From: Phoronis australis
Lineage: Eukaryota > Animalia > Phoronida
Length of the DNA stretch: 64,000 nucleotides
Direction: 5' to 3'
Assembly: GCA_002633005.1 (NCBI GenBank)
Contig: NMRA01000708.1
Location: 125,872-189,871 of the forward strand
Part shown: positions 1 to 13,991 of the stretch, one piece after another
Layout of the letters: each line of letters opens with the position of its first letter
Position numbering within the stretch: the stretch's first letter is position 1
Notes under the pieces: generated by a model
Told to the model about the DNA's origin: nothing
Databases searched by the model: none
Seen by the model: the letters and a program-made list of their open reading frames with translations, nothing else
Program-made: the position numbers and the translations under genes

Positions 1-1664
1 ACAATGCTGATTTGACTTTTGAGCAGTTGTGTTTTAATAAAAAATAAAGAGCCGGTCAAAAGTAAACGGTGGAGGACCCTTTCAGTAGATACAAGCTAAC
101 CAAACTAAAAACCTGAATCCGTTACGTTTGCGGAATACACTTGGCGTGTATCGACGTATTCTTGTACACTGTGACTGCTGGGATGAAAAATGAGCCGGAA
201 TACCACCCTTCACTTCCTCGGACATCAGATTTTAAATTGCATTTTTATGAAAAAAAAATCAGGTGGGAAAAATGATGTTAAAAAGTCACAAAATACCCTG
301 CGTATATTTTTATATAAATTAATGTGACCATTACTGAGTTTTCGTTGTTTTGCAATATTTCACGCAATGATCAAGTTGGGTGTCTTTACCTATGTTCAGA
401 GGATCAATCATTACCAAAAAAACATCTCGACAAAGCAATTCTTTGTTTTTGTCGCGTATTACCCCGCATTATATTCTTCTTAGTGGGGCCACGTAATACA
501 TGCAGAACCTAATAAAAACAACAAACAACAAACATGTCATTTCACTAAGCAAAACCGCAGCAAAGCCTGGACGTCTTTCAGATAAGTCTCTGACGTAAGA
601 TGGCAGACATGAGCAGTCTTCGTGCAGGTGTTTTCGGTTCCGTCGATCTAAGTACTATTATTCCGAGTCCCTTTCATCTTTTTCAGTGAAACTTTGATCA
701 AACGACTGGTCATTCATTTTGTCCTCTCATCCATCGCAATGAGATAAATCATTGAGTTTGACAGGATCAGCCCATGGAAGCGCAATGGATCGAATACTGT
801 TTCATCCACCGGTTTCGTGGTAAGGTGTCAGTGATTTGCCTGTGAGCCTTAACCAGAATACTTGCATAAGACTACCTTGCACAAACATAAGACTACACGT
901 TGAATTGTCCAACATTATTTGAAAATGATTTATCAACCAACCTCTGAACATCAGGCATTGCTATCACAACTGGATTTCAAACGTAGACTGAAATGAACAC
1001 TTTCAGCCGGTACATGCATGCTGTCTCAATCCAGTCATTTCATTGAGATTGATTGATGTGGACGAAACGTTGGGTACACTTCATGACGACGAACTTGGTC
1101 AATTGGACATATTTGAATAATGTCGCCCTTTCACAACTGAAACGTACATAATTCTCAGCAACTAATGGATGACACAAGGGACGCGAACCTTGGATTAAAA
1201 GCTATTGTGTGATAATGCACGGCGATATTTTGCAAACGTCTCTCTCTACTTGCAAAAACCTTGCTGTCCAGAACGCAGTGATGCTAGGAAGCTATTGCAT
1301 GGAAGCGTGTACTGAGTGCTACATCACTCCCTCGTGCCGCAAAAGCCCCCTCCTTGATGGTAGCCCTCCTCCTTCCATAAAAGCACCCCCTTCCCAAGAA
1401 AGCAATCCCCTGTATAGAGAATCTCCTCTCCCTGCGTCTTATACATGTACATGTAACATAACACTAATCCACCCCCTACATGCACTCGTTCCGTACACTT
1501 CCCATCGCATTCAGCGCACAACGTACACTGCTCAGACTAAACTCGTTGGCTGAAGTTGATGCCAGCGCCGGCGTTTTTTCAGTCAGTGAGCGCAGATCTC
1601 AAAACGACGGAGTCTGGCTACAGACCGTAACTATCCATGATTTTTTGGCTTTACATGTACAATG

Positions 1665-2572
1665 AAAAAAACATGTCACTAGGGCCGAGAATCACAGTAA
1701 TTGGAACCATTTGAAAATCGTGCTCTTGTTAGTAGGAACACATAGGTCAGTTGCAAAATTTCATAATGATTCCCAGAGCAATTTGCAGTTTAGAGAGTTG
1801 GACGTTTCGAAAACATTAAACATGACCACGTGGGGGGCACAAAATGCACCAAATCCCAATCTAAATCGAAAAGTACTGTCGTGGTCTTAACAGACACGTA
1901 ATTACCGAATTTCATAAAAAACGTCGAAGAACTACATGTTTAAAGATAAAGATCCAAAAGTAAAGGAAAATTGCTACTAGGGGTCGCAGTGATAGGCTGC
2001 GCCGTCTAAAAGTCGTGGAGCAGGTCGTGCCATATTCAAAGGATAACACTTGCAAACGTTCTCAATGATCTCGCAAAGAGAGAGATACAACCGTGGACGC
2101 ATAAAAATATAATCACCACTAGGGGTGCTACAGTCAGACCCGTCCAAAATCAACCAGACACCGTATTCTCAAGACCACATCTGCTCAGCTTTTAAAAAGA
2201 CCTTTTGAGTGGTTGGGCGGGACGGAAGCCAAAATTGAACTTATGAAGAACGACCACTAAACTACATCGAATCGATCCGAAATTGCTTCCTTAATAAAAC
2301 ATATTTTCCAAATTTCACCAAAATCCATCACGGAGCTCCAAAGGGACAGAGGCAAACTTAAAAAGAAAAGGAAATTCCCACTATACTAGGATGCACTGCG
2401 GTAATGAGATCAGTCCGAAATTCATGGTCATCTGTCACCAGCTTCATCACATCTCCTAAATATCATTAATGCATGCAAGAGGTTTAGAAAATACAGTAGA
2501 GAACGCCGGACACCCGGACGCCCGGGCAGATAGCGCGGCACTATATACCCATGTATGCGGGTGCATAAAAAG
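1665..2572. mobile_element. HINE/pearl-like (Helentron-associated) non-autonomous element with degenerate ~150-bp internal tandem repeats
   Basis: Related motifs recur at ~150-bp spacing (aaatttcataatgatt 1756, gaatttcataaaaa 1907, caaatttcaccaaaatcc 2310; CACTAGGG-like motifs at 1677, 1974, 2116). These are followed by GGAC-type short repeats (2507-2525) and a 3' imperfect hairpin running into an A tract (tatatacccatgtatgcgggtgcataaaaa). The layout resembles bivalve pearl/HINE elements; the family assignment is inference. Confidence 0.45.
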
Positions 2573-4284
2573 CAAGGTTTTCTTGTGACAATAAGAAAAG
2601 TTGTAGCATATCAACTTGTAAATGTTGATTTGATGAAAGCATAATGAATCATTTTTGTTGCACAATCAGTTGAAGATCAAACGCTTATCAGTGCAGAGTT
2701 ACGAGACGCAGTGCTAATTAAAACAAGTCTTCTCGAAGCTGTTATACACAAATAGTTTATATAAGTACCTACATTTACATCCCAGATGACTTTTCTTTTG
2801 GTGGTAAAGCAATTAATTGACGTCAAACGAGCTCGCTGTTTCTTGTATCTTTAGTAATCTGCTAGTAAGCGTGATGTTTTATAGGAGCGGCAAAATACCA
2901 CGTGACTAGATGGCGACGAGTGCACGTCCATTTCCCCGTAGTTGCTTGGTGACATTCAAATACAGGTGATACAGTAGTTGAGTTTTTAATTTATTCAAAT
3001 GTTAATATCATGCACTCTAAATTTACACTTCTTGTAAGCGAGACGCGACAACTTTACATAAAAATAAAAATTCCTACCGCCGACTTTTTCTGTCCCTGTA
3101 AAATTACTTGTTTCAAACAGTGGTTCGGGGATTTTCAACCTACTCGAATGAATGGCTCACTTCACCCCATGTACCCTGGGACGCGCACTCTAAGCCCAAT
3201 GTTACCGTAGGATACTCTAATCAAGTTTTGTGGGGTTGCCATTGAAGATATTTCGGCATCGAATTGCACCCTTTAAACGTCACCTACAATACCCAGCCAC
3301 ACGTACCGTATTTTCCAGCACCGTACATGCAACATGGGCGGCGCAGCTTTGAAAATAGTGGGGGCCTATAGCCCCCAGCCACCGTGGTGCACCACCAATA
3401 GACCATGGGCAGCGTATCATTGAAAAAAAAGTGGGAGGGCTATAGACCCCCAGCCCCCTATGTGTAAGTATTTTAAAGTAATTATGAACCCTGTTTTCCA
3501 GGTTGTAAAGATGTTCAAATATCTTACAATCTGTTAACTGAAACATCTTCAAAGTACCTATTCTCTGAAAGATGAACAAATTTCACAACAAAATTTATTA
3601 TTCTTATTTAATTGTCTTCATATTGACAAGAAATGCGCTTTTTAGCAAAAAACGACTTTGAACAAAGGTTTAAAAAATATTGTTCCTCCAATCATAGACT
3701 GAAAGAAGTGACTTAGCCTAGCGTTATTAACTAGTATAGTGTTGTAGGTTTCCCATGCTAAAGAAATGATTCTAAATCACCAGTATGTCCCCAATTACCC
3801 ACACAATGAGCTCCATCAAGGATAGGCCGACTAGAAAATTTAGGCAAACAATAATGAATTAAAACTGGGTGTTTTCCGATTTGTGCGAAACGATTCCAGT
3901 TTGTTAAATCCATCTATGCCCATCAATCTCATGTTGACAAAGAGTTTGGGTAGAGGTCTTTGGTTCTAGCCTGAGCCAGAAAGTAGCATAGTTGCCGCAA
4001 ATCATTAGCCAGAGAAAACATTCTGTAGTTCACATGTACGTTAAATTTATTCGCACTCTGTGCCATGACCACACTTTACAAATGTCATGGTATTGCCCGA
4101 ATGCCAAAGATTTTCCGAAGCACAACGGTGTTAGTTTTCTTATTGAATCGTCAGTTGGTAGATGTGTTCTTCTGTAGCTCAAAACTTGCCACAGGTCTAC
4201 ATGTATCATGTACATGTAGCTATATTTTGTACTTAGAATTCTTACGGAAACAGAAACATGTGAATAACATAACCCTGTTAAAAC

Positions 4285-4488
4285 CAGTGGCAGATCTACG
4301 TTTTCAGTAAGGGGGGAGGGGGGATTACGATTCGAGCGAATCCGAGGCGCGTAGGTCGGGAGAGGGTTTCCCCTCCTCCCGTGTAAGATTTGTTGTGGTT
4401 TTTAGTAGCTAATTTCATTTTTCAATACTTATTTTTGAGCCTGTGGGCGGGGTTGAACGCCCTGAACTCCCCTGCAGATCCGCCTCTG
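4285..4488. mobile_element. Short MITE with CAGTGGC(A/G)GATCT-type terminal inverted repeats
   Basis: Left end cagtggcagatct, right end agatccgcctctg (imperfect reverse complement). The same TIR type occurs at 37334 and 38375. Confidence 0.6.
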
Positions 4489-6959
4489 AGAACTGCATAT
4501 ATACTCAAGACTGTCCGTAGTTAATAGTTCAGGTAACACCATTATAAGTTTACGTATATACAGATCATTTAAATCTCTAGCAACAAAAATTTCACTTGCT
4601 TAAGAACTGTAAGTTCACCGAATATGTTGTCTTGCAAGTCACTGATTCATCAATATTTCATTCTTTTCAGCATTTTTCGTCTTAGCACGATTAAAGAGTC
4701 ACAGAGTAAAATCCAATTTTACGATGTTTTGAAATAACACATTAGAGATCGAAGTGTTCAAATTCACTGCCTATAAAAACAATCAAATGCGAAGTTCCAT
4801 TTATTTATGTTTATATTGGGTTTCTTCGAGTGGCCTACTCTAGAGAAGGTTAGAGGCAAACCGCCTGATAAAAGAGTATTGTTAACAATTTTTTTTTACT
4901 GTTTTACTATTTTGACATTTAACTTATATATCTTATTGTCGTCCTTTATGATTTAACGTGAGATTTTGGAGCTCCGTCAGAAGAGATAACACAAGAACAT
5001 ATCGTGGATTTTCGACAGAGAACCCACTAACAAAAATACCGAAAAGCCCTCTCGGCGGAAGTTCTTCGACTCTTATAACCGAAAGAGCACCCACGGCGGT
5101 TTCAGTGGGCAGATGGTGGTCGGGAGTATCTTTCTGAAACCTGGCTAGTATTTCAAGTCTGATCAAAGATAAAATCATTGCAGGAGAAACAAATCGCCGT
5201 CTCTGAAGCCAACGTTACCAAGTTTACTGATTTCCTAATATGAAGTGAATTCACTTAACCGCTCTAACTTAACGGCACTTTTACTGCTGAACGAAAACGC
5301 AACATGTTTCCGAAAAAGCCCACCACTTGTTACGAGCTATTCTCCCCCGGGAGCTTTCTGTGGACGCAAAAATCACTTCGGGAAAATGAACATTTGGATT
5401 TCCAAAAGTGCCACTGACAGTCGCAATGGTAGCTTTAAGAACAATAGAAGGATAAATATTATCGTATGGCAAGCTAAGAAGCATTTACCACGGAACCTTT
5501 CTAGACACTTGTAAAGATGAGAAACATCTATTTTTAAATAACAATTATCTATCTTAAAAGACAAACTTTTGTTATCATAGTAAGATTCGTATAATCTAGT
5601 ACTATAGCCATTTGTGCCGATATCAAACATATTTTACTCAAACGACACATATATTTTTAGATCCTTCATCGTGTCTGTTGTGACGTATTGCCACTCATTG
5701 TCGCTTCCCGTGAGCGACAAACCGTGAACGCTATTGGGGTTCCATTAAAACGTTTAGGTGCCTAGTTTGCCTATCCAGTTTCTTCATTAGGTGTCTCCGT
5801 ATATGATCTTATGGTCTCTTTGATGTAAGCTGGCACAGAGCATGGTGTTTTCCATTTGTCCCCAGTTTCCTATACCGCGATATGCAGAGGTGCAACTGTA
5901 CACGTCAATTTTGTGGAAGTTTATGGGGATGAACTTTTACATTTTGTACTCGCTGCTTATTTGGATGTTCATGTTGAGCTAAGGACTTGCAGTATTGGAA
6001 TTTCAAGCCTTTATCCTTCACTCACGTCAGCCTGGCTCATGACTGACGTCATTCTTCAGCTTTCATAGTGTTGTGCTTTGCGAGGCTGTTTTCTGTCTTA
6101 GGACTTGGATTCCAGTTTAAAGCATGTTTTGTAGTATATGATACGAAATAAACATGTTTTTTTCAGTGTTATAGTACTTACACCGTGCACTCTATGGCAA
6201 GAGACCCAAGGCGCTGTTTAATTTCCAGTCTATTGTACTGCCTAAGGCTTAGACGTCAGAGCTTGTACAGTGTACTTGTATATGTTTGATTGATTGACAT
6301 AACACCCATTCATTGATCGACCCTAAAACGATACGATATGCAATGCAACAGAACACGGCATGGCTGAAGTGATAGCTCAGACAAGTCCGTAAAACCTCAA
6401 GTGTGTGAACCGATGTTCGCCGGAATAATACAAAATAAAGGTAATTATAACAGTGACAATTACAAAAACGTATCGTTTCAGTGGCTTCAATTCTAAACAA
6501 CAGGGGTTCTAAGTCGAGGCAAGTCCAGATAATTCAGCGCTTCCGTGTTTGTTGTTCGACACACCACTCGCAGAACAATTATTTACCTTCATGGCTTTAC
6601 TGAAACCACTCGTCAACATACAGTATACATGTACCAGAGAACCGAAACCGAACTCATTTGTTTTGACAAATATGCATCCTATTTCCTTAGTAAAAATTAT
6701 CCTTACCAAACTTATTTATTTAGTCAATTATTTATTATATATTTATTATTGTAAGATTTTGCAATGAAGGTAGCCTCATCAGTTCTCACTGCTTTCCACG
6801 GGCTCTTATTACGAGGAACTTAATTTTAGAAGCAAGCAGTTCCAGCAATCACCAGAGTTACACGATGTATGAATTTGTGTTAGCCAGTCGCTTTATTGCT
6901 GTCGGCGAAGCCATCCGGATAATGCGGCAATTTCCACACAACAGGAACTTAGATACGAC

Positions 6960-7112
6960 TTGCGTTCACTAACGCTAGGACGTACGCTAGGACCTAGTTA
7001 AAATCTAACCAAAGTCACGTGCTCTTATTTAAAATAAACGGCAATATCTCACGTAATCTCGCAAAGTCTCGCTTTTAGTGAGGTCATTGGGTTACTGAAT
7101 GCCGGGGAGGCA
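6960..7112. repeat. Dispersed ~150-bp repeat; inverted copy at ~44408-44570
   Basis: accaaagtcacgtgctcttatttaaaa...atctcacgtaatctcgc here matches the reverse complement of gcgagattatgtgaggtat...tttaaatgagaacacgtgactttggc at 44455-44513. Confidence 0.65.
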
Positions 7113-9542
7113 GATTTCCCGATAAACAGACCCTCTGCATGGCCGTCAAAGTCACAGGGCTGAGTTACAGTTTATCTATTAATAACAAATGGAAAGTTAA
7201 TAAAATACGAAAATGAGTAAACACGCTAGCGTAAAATTTGGTACGGTGTCTTCTTTTTGTGTCCGCATTCTCGTTCTACGTACCAGACAGGTGGCTTACT
7301 TGGCTGCCTGGTGTTCGATCATGTTGCACACCCACTGAGAAGAATTACTAAGGCAAAGTTTTAGCTAGGTCGCAGAAGTCACATTTTTGTCAGATTTTTT
7401 AAATTCAAAGGACAAATCACATGTACTTTTCAAGAACTATTCAAAATGTTATTCAAAAATTTTAAAACGATCATTTGATGTCGTCCGCAGTGTGTTTATG
7501 TCAGGTCTTACTATCTAGAGAACCATCAGCAACATGAGGCGATGTAAATAACTACAACATCATGGTGTCTTTGATGAATACCGACAAGTTTGCTTGGTAC
7601 GAAAACCGGTAGAGTTGCCCAATCTCGACCGGTGAGAGTGTCAGGGGATTCTTTTCATGAGCTCACGCGCCGAGCTCATCTCGACTGATCTCGACTGCTC
7701 AGAGTTGTTCACTTGTTCAATTAGTTCCTTTTGGGTTGCTCTGTTATTTATGACACGTCACTCCATGGAGTCATTTTTTCACATACAAATAAATGACAGG
7801 TTCTTAAGGTAAAAAGCAAAGAATTCAAACTTCCTTTCCTGACCATCGTTCGGGGTTGCCAACAAAAATTCTTCTCTAACGTATATGTACGCTATTCTTG
7901 TCTCACGGATCTGAAGTCCCCGATCTAGCACCAGGCTCTTTTCACCGATTTTAGAAAATGTATCCCCACACCGTGTATTGATTTGCTTCCAAAGAGATCA
8001 GCCCCACCCCCACACATTATTTCTAACCGTTCCTTTACCTCCCTCCACTTCCCTTAGTTTGATAAGCCGCGCGCCGCTCAGACGAGAAATTTGAAATTCT
8101 TCTCTCACGCACTCTTGACCCTCTCAAAGATTCAAGTTTCCGCGATCCAACCTGGGCAGCACTACAATTTTCGCTAATCAGTCACGGACAAAATTTTCTT
8201 TACTCGCAAGCAGACCACCCCAGCTCCCGCAAATCAAGTTCCTGGCTTGCACGCCGTTACTTTCTCTGGTCAACTGCATACACTTAACAAGCAAGACACG
8301 TTCCCTTGCCGCGCGCCATTCTCTCGAGCATCAAATTCTTCACTCAAGCATGTCATTCCCCCTCAAAGATGCAAATCACTCATCCGCCACAGCTTTGTCT
8401 ATGCTTGTCTGGAGACATTTCTGTACTAACAATTTGTCACGCAAGTTTCTTGATCACAGAGACCAACTCCCAGGGTCTAGCTCTGCTGCTGCATTTTGGT
8501 TCGGGGCCTTCAAACACCATTTTGTTTCCTTCTCTTGGCCCCTCGCTTAATTTGATGCGAAAAGCCCGTCCCCATGCGCCAATGCCGGTGCTCAAAATTC
8601 ATCTCTGGCGTCTCACGAACATATGTTCTTATAGCCATTCAGTGCTCGCAGAAAGACCAAACCTTACATTCTTCCTTTCCCACAAGCCGCATATAAGCTG
8701 TACTCAGAGATGGGTGTAATTGTTGACCACAGTCTGTTCATGGCAACGTTGCTTCCCTACCGTTCTAACAATGCAGATTATAAACAATAAATTGAATTTT
8801 TTAATTTTTCAAATCAGTTAACTAAAATAGACGAAAAAGAGAAGTAACGCGTATTACAACCGTTGTGAGCATCATAACGGAGAGACTTCACTTGCGTACC
8901 ACCCATTCAGGGTGTTACGGTTATATAGGACCCTAGAAAAATAGCTAAATTTGTCCAAATCATGATCAAATTCATTTGAAAATTTTAAATACTTTGCCTC
9001 ATAAAACCTTCGATAGCCATCGGGCATTATTTTTAAAATTTTCCAATTTCGCATGAGGAGCTATAAGAAATAGGACTTTGATGATTTTCATGAAAAAAAT
9101 CGAAAGTTGTATAAACTGCATTCAGAAAACCGTATAAAAATAGCGATTTTGAGTTTTCATCCTGATTACTTATACCATAAGAAATTTGTCCACGTTGCTA
9201 ATTGTGTTGTTTTGCTACGACGTACCACTGACACGATCACATGACCCAATTAACTACTCAGTGTCAAACTGCAAAAAACCTGTAAAAATTCTGTAGGCTT
9301 TCCACTTTAAGATTAAAATTTTAGACTTGACTGACACAGACCTGTCGAAGAGGTCTTATTTTTTCCTACAAATGTCAACTACTGCCGAATACGTGAATTT
9401 ATAGAAGCTTTAACAGTGCTCGATCAAATTACTCATGTGACACGGGTAACTTTTTCTTAATGACGCGTTTAATTTGTGACGTACCATGATTGATGACGTA
9501 TACTACTCGTAGTTTGTTTCAAAATGATTTTCAAGTCTTAAA

Positions 9543-11682
9543 GATGCTCGAAAAGGTTTGGAAAATATTTTGTGAGTATTTCATGCTGCTTATGAGATGC
9601 ATTTGGTACAATGTTAAGAAAAAGGGAGCGGCCTTGAACGACTTTATTTGTTGTTCACTCCACCAGTTTGCTCACCATGACAATGGCAACAGCAGTTTTG
9701 AGGTTGAGGTCCTACATGTACCTGAGAAAATTAGTTGTCCTGTAAAATACGCTGAAGAGGACGTTCACCACAACAGCCGATGTTGTCGTGATAATAACGA
9801 AGTGGTAGTGGGTGTCACGGGCGCAATAGCTGCATCGTTCGCCCTTCACAGCGATGTGGCACTAAAAGAGCTTCCTCGCATTAGTTCAGTTTTGTTGAAT
9901 GAAGTGTCTCTCACGTTTGGAGCAGACAAACAAAATGGCGACGACATCTCGGCAGCGGAAGTCCACGGACAGGAATGGGCCAAAACCCTAGATGACAAAG
10001 ATACCAAGGCCCTAGTTCCTGCTAATGATAGAGTCCCACATGACATCCTTGCAATGGGTGACCAACGACATGCATTGTCCCAAACATTTAATAGGAAAGA
10101 CGCTAAACTGGCGCTGCTTGATCTGGTTGATGTAATATTGCTACCTCAAGAAGATTACATATCGACTATGGTTGACCAGTCTACTGAAATGATTGTTCCA
10201 ATTCCCGCGCCACCCGAACTCCCGATAGTTCCTTTCAGTACTGACACCAAGAAGTTCGAAAACACGTGTAAAGAAGTAGGTGCAATTAAACCGGCCCAAG
10301 GCGTAGACGTGGGACAGAGCGAGGTTCAACCTGACACAATTAACCTTTCCAATAATACTGACTCTGATGATGAGAATCACTGTGGCACTCCAGGGTGTTA
10401 TGAGAGTGACAAGGCGTCAATGACTGCCTATAGAACAGTCTCTGGAACGGTGGACTCTAACCAAGACAGAGATGTCAAAATGCTTGGTTTTATTGAAAAA
10501 GCCCTGTTGAGTGAAATGTGCAAGACCGTTGGGGTGAACAAAGTTCATAGAGATGTCATCATGGCAGTGGAATCCCAACAACATGAATCAGTCCAAATGG
10601 CTCACCGGAGGGATGCCAAACAGGTCCTGCTCCCTTTACTTGGATCAATAAAACCGCCAAGGGATGACGTTATAAGTTTGCATGACCAAGTCACTGAAAT
10701 GGGCACTTCTATTCCCATTCGCTCCGAACTCCCGATTGGACAGCATATCTCAGAGAATATATACGTACAACACGGGACACTCAAAACAGTCCCAGATCTA
10801 GAGGGCAAGCTTTCAACTCCCACTGTAGAAGAAGCTGAAGGGACACTCAAACCAGTCTTACATCGACAGGACACGCTTTGCACTTCATCTGAAGAAGATG
10901 ATGACTCGACGTTCAAATCAGTCCTTGATCTAGAAGATACTCTTTCTACTTCATCCGTAGAAGAATATGGCGGGACAATGAAGCCAGTCCTATATCTAGA
11001 GGACACGCGTTCCACTTCCTCTTTAGGAGAATATTACGGGACAATCAAGACAGTCCTGTATCTAGATGGCACGCTTTCAATTTTATCTGTCGGTGAATAC
11101 GACGGGACACTCAATCCAGCCTTATATCTCGAGGAAACGCTTTCCACTTCATCTGTAGGAGAATATGACGGGACAATCAACCCAGTCCTTGATCTAGAGG
11201 ACACGTTTTCTGTTTCATCTGCAGAAGATGACGGGACACTCAAACCACTCCTAGATATAGATGACACACTTTCCATTTCATCTGTAGAAGAAGATGGCGG
11301 GACACTAAAACCAGTCTCATATCTTGAGGACACGTCATCCACTTCCTCTATGGAAGATGAAGACGATGAACTATTAATGAGAGACGAATGTTACAACCAA
11401 TGCGTAATGTCAGTTGTTGAACAAGTCGTCAACGAATTTTTCATGTTTGACGAGTCTAGCGAAGAGGACAGCGGTTCTGGGTACACTGGCGTTACAAACA
11501 TGATAGAGCCGCCAAGTAACAATGCCTTGGACATGATGATGGATAGCCAAGTGGAAACCAAGCAATTTTCTTGGCAAAGAATTAAGCTGATGCGCTTCAA
11601 AAGAAAAAAATCAAGAAATAGTGGCTTTTTACAAGTTTGCGCGAGACTTATCTGTTGTGGAGTTCCGAAAACAGAAGACTGA
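9543..11682 (+). CDS. Intronless acidic orphan protein (~712 aa) with an internal duplication and nine 21-22-aa tandem repeats
   Basis: Stop-free reading frame of 2.19 kb (9490-11682) in AT-rich DNA. ATG at 9543 (aagATGc) is taken as the probable start; an in-frame ATG also exists at 9493. Repeat units are 63 or 66 nt, so the frame is preserved. No family recognised. Confidence 0.75.
10774..11365 (+). repeat. Coding minisatellite, 9 units of 63-66 bp (consensus GTLKPVLDLEDTLSTSSVEEYD)
   Basis: Recurring gggacactcaaaccagtc...ctagaggacacgctttccacttcatctgtagaagaa units, visible in both DNA and protein. Confidence 0.9.
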
Positions 11683-13039
11683 TTACTTCAACAGCCTGGA
11701 CTTTTAAAAAGTCTTGTATATTTTGAGACTTAGTTGTTTCAATCATACAACCAGCCATCGGAGTAGATGCACAGTACTGGAGTATTTATCGAATATATTC
11801 ATTATCATAATACGTTCGCTTTGTTGATTCAAAACAATATCGCTCATAAGCACATTGTCAAAACTTATTGCTCCCAGAGTCCTCGTTCAAGTTTTGTCTA
11901 AGGCCGGGTTCCATGGCTTTATCGTGGGTCTTGGTACGTGGGAGGCTAATCTGAATCCATAACTCTCGAAACACACACTAAGCCTTCAGCCAACAGTCGG
12001 TGGGGCTTCAAGGAACTCTAAAATGTGTGCAGGACCTTATAGACGAGTCAGCGTATTTTGCCCTATACCTGCAAAACCTTAGATTTGAAATAAGTCACGT
12101 ATATGTTTTTTGAAAGTAGATATCCCGTAGAACTTGCAGTTTTTACCCATCCTCCGTGAATATGCCATGTGATCATGTCTTTAGGTGATATAGCAAAAAC
12201 AAAAGTAGATTGATATCAATTAAATAACGGTATCCGTAATAACATGACCAAATGTCAAATAAATGTTCAGAATAGAATCTACAAAACGCTGATACAGTTA
12301 TCTAAATTCAATTTCGCTTCATGTAACTTTTATTTTTTCACGAAAATCATAATAGAAATCCTATATTATTTGATAGGGCTTCTTGTGCAATTTAAAAAAA
12401 CCCGACTCTGGCTAAGCGTTGTGGAGAAGAGTGAATAAAGTAAAGTTTCATTTGAATCTTATAATCAACATTGATTAGGTGTGATGTTCTGAGTATAGCC
12501 AAACTTGTGTGGTTTTCAGTCCACTCAGGAAGTGATCAAATGACGGAGCCGCCAAAACAAAATCGTCCGACGACCGACGAGGGACGGTTACGTCAATGAC
12601 CGCATTTCAGAGGGCAGCCGGCGGCATCCTTTCCTCACCCAGAACTGTCTCGGTAGTCACCAGCTTCAAAGACGGAACCGAATCACCCCCGAGTACCTGG
12701 CTGCCTTGAATGAAGTACCGGCCGTAAAACTACCTAGTACCGACCCTGAGTATAGCCAACGCGGCCCCCGGCCGGGGAGGTCACCCACCCCTGACATTAA
12801 CTGAATATGAGCATCGGCGCAAATCGAACATTGTACGTAGAACTTGAAAATCCCCTATATGAGGGTGTCATCCTAATTCCGACCCCTTCATCATTGCGGG
12901 GGAACCGGCGTTGCATAATGCCAGGACGTCACGTGGGGTAATGGTTTGAAAATTCTTTACATTGAACAATTAAGGCTCAATGACACTGAGCGGTAAGTTT
13001 CCCGTTCCGAAAAGTGACTTTCGAAGGGGTTTCTGAGCG

Positions 13040-13495
13040 GGGATAACATCTAACTTCTTTGTTAACTGTCAAGCACAGTCTTTTCAGTGTCCGTTATGAC
13101 AAAATGATCATGATGAGGCACGCATCAGGTTCGAGACCACCGTGTGTGAACACCGCTTCGGTCAGTTGCGGGCCCGGAGTGGGCGATTTTGGCGATTCCG
13201 GCAAAAACTAAACATGATCACCATTTGACGAGGATTTCAGAAATGCTATTGGTTTATGTTCAAATATGTTATAACTTAACTTTTATTTTTAACAGCACAG
13301 CCCAGACATGCCCTGGCTATAGCCCGGCTATATCTATGAGGATTAGAGCCTCAATCATTGAACAAAAGCCACTGAGCTGGCCCTCCAAAAATGCCAGAAT
13401 GGAATTAATCAGTCGTTTAAGATATTGGCTACAGGGGTAAATTTCCCAACTTTTTATTGGGCTATAGAATTATCGAACAAGTTGGGAGCACCGGG
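13040..13495. repeat. Dispersed repeat; direct copy at ~32003-32490
   Basis: Shared blocks caaatatgttataacttaacttt, aaatgccagaatg, ttggctac.ggggtaaa.ttcccaactt, ttgggctatagaat, cgaacaagttgggagca appear in the same order at both places. Confidence 0.8.
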
Positions 13496-13788
13496 AAAAG
13501 CCGTGAAAAAAAAACTATCCGGGGTCATTTTTAATATAGTGATCATAACATCATGATTTTATATACATGTAAAATGACCTGCGGGTCACCTGACGGTGTT
13601 ACACTGGGCGGGTGCCTAGCTCGCCCTAGGCGTAGCCGGTGGGTTCGTTCCTTTAGCTGGGGTCATTTTCCGAAATAAGCACCCGAAACTTAGAACAGTG
13701 AAAACGATAGGGGTCATTTAAGGGCACACTGGTGACCTTGACGGTCCATCACTTTAACAAAGCGGCTCCTATTGGTAAAAGAATAAGC

Positions 13789-13916
13789 CTACTTCCGGCG
13801 TCCATGTACATGTGAACCGAGGAAGACTGGAAGTGTTTTTGTCGGCGGCAAATAAAGAGCCCAAGTCAAGCAGACATCGACAGCCTCCTAAGGTGTCCCT
13901 CTATGCATAAAAGGTA
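13789..13916 (+). promoter_or_regulatory. Candidate AGGF1 promoter and non-coding first exon
   Basis: CCAAT-like attgg at 13771, ETS-type ACTTCCGG at 13791, GGAAG motifs at 13820 and 13829, and a possible donor AAG|GTACTT at 13914. A second candidate UTR exon follows a strong acceptor at 16900. Inference only. Confidence 0.3.
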
Positions 13917-13991
13917 CTTATAGCAACATGACTTTGATGGTTGAATCCACAAGCAACCGAATTTCCCATTGACTCATAACCAGACTTTGCA

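Noticed and set aside
530-1250. Possible decayed piggyBac-like cysteine-rich C-terminus on the minus strand
   Set aside because: Only a loose Cys pattern across frames; no transposase core motif seen.
4960-5520. Coding-like stretch containing LSETWL (APE-like motif)
   Set aside because: Multiple stops and no other endonuclease or RT motifs; cannot be assigned.
7800-8750. Possible very old Gypsy gag remnant and the short ORFs at 8247-8719
   Set aside because: Too degenerate; no motif can be supported.
10774-11365. Regularly spaced repeats superficially like a CRISPR array
   Set aside because: Whole units are similar with no unique spacers, they lie in frame in an ORF, the DNA is eukaryotic and there are no cas genes.
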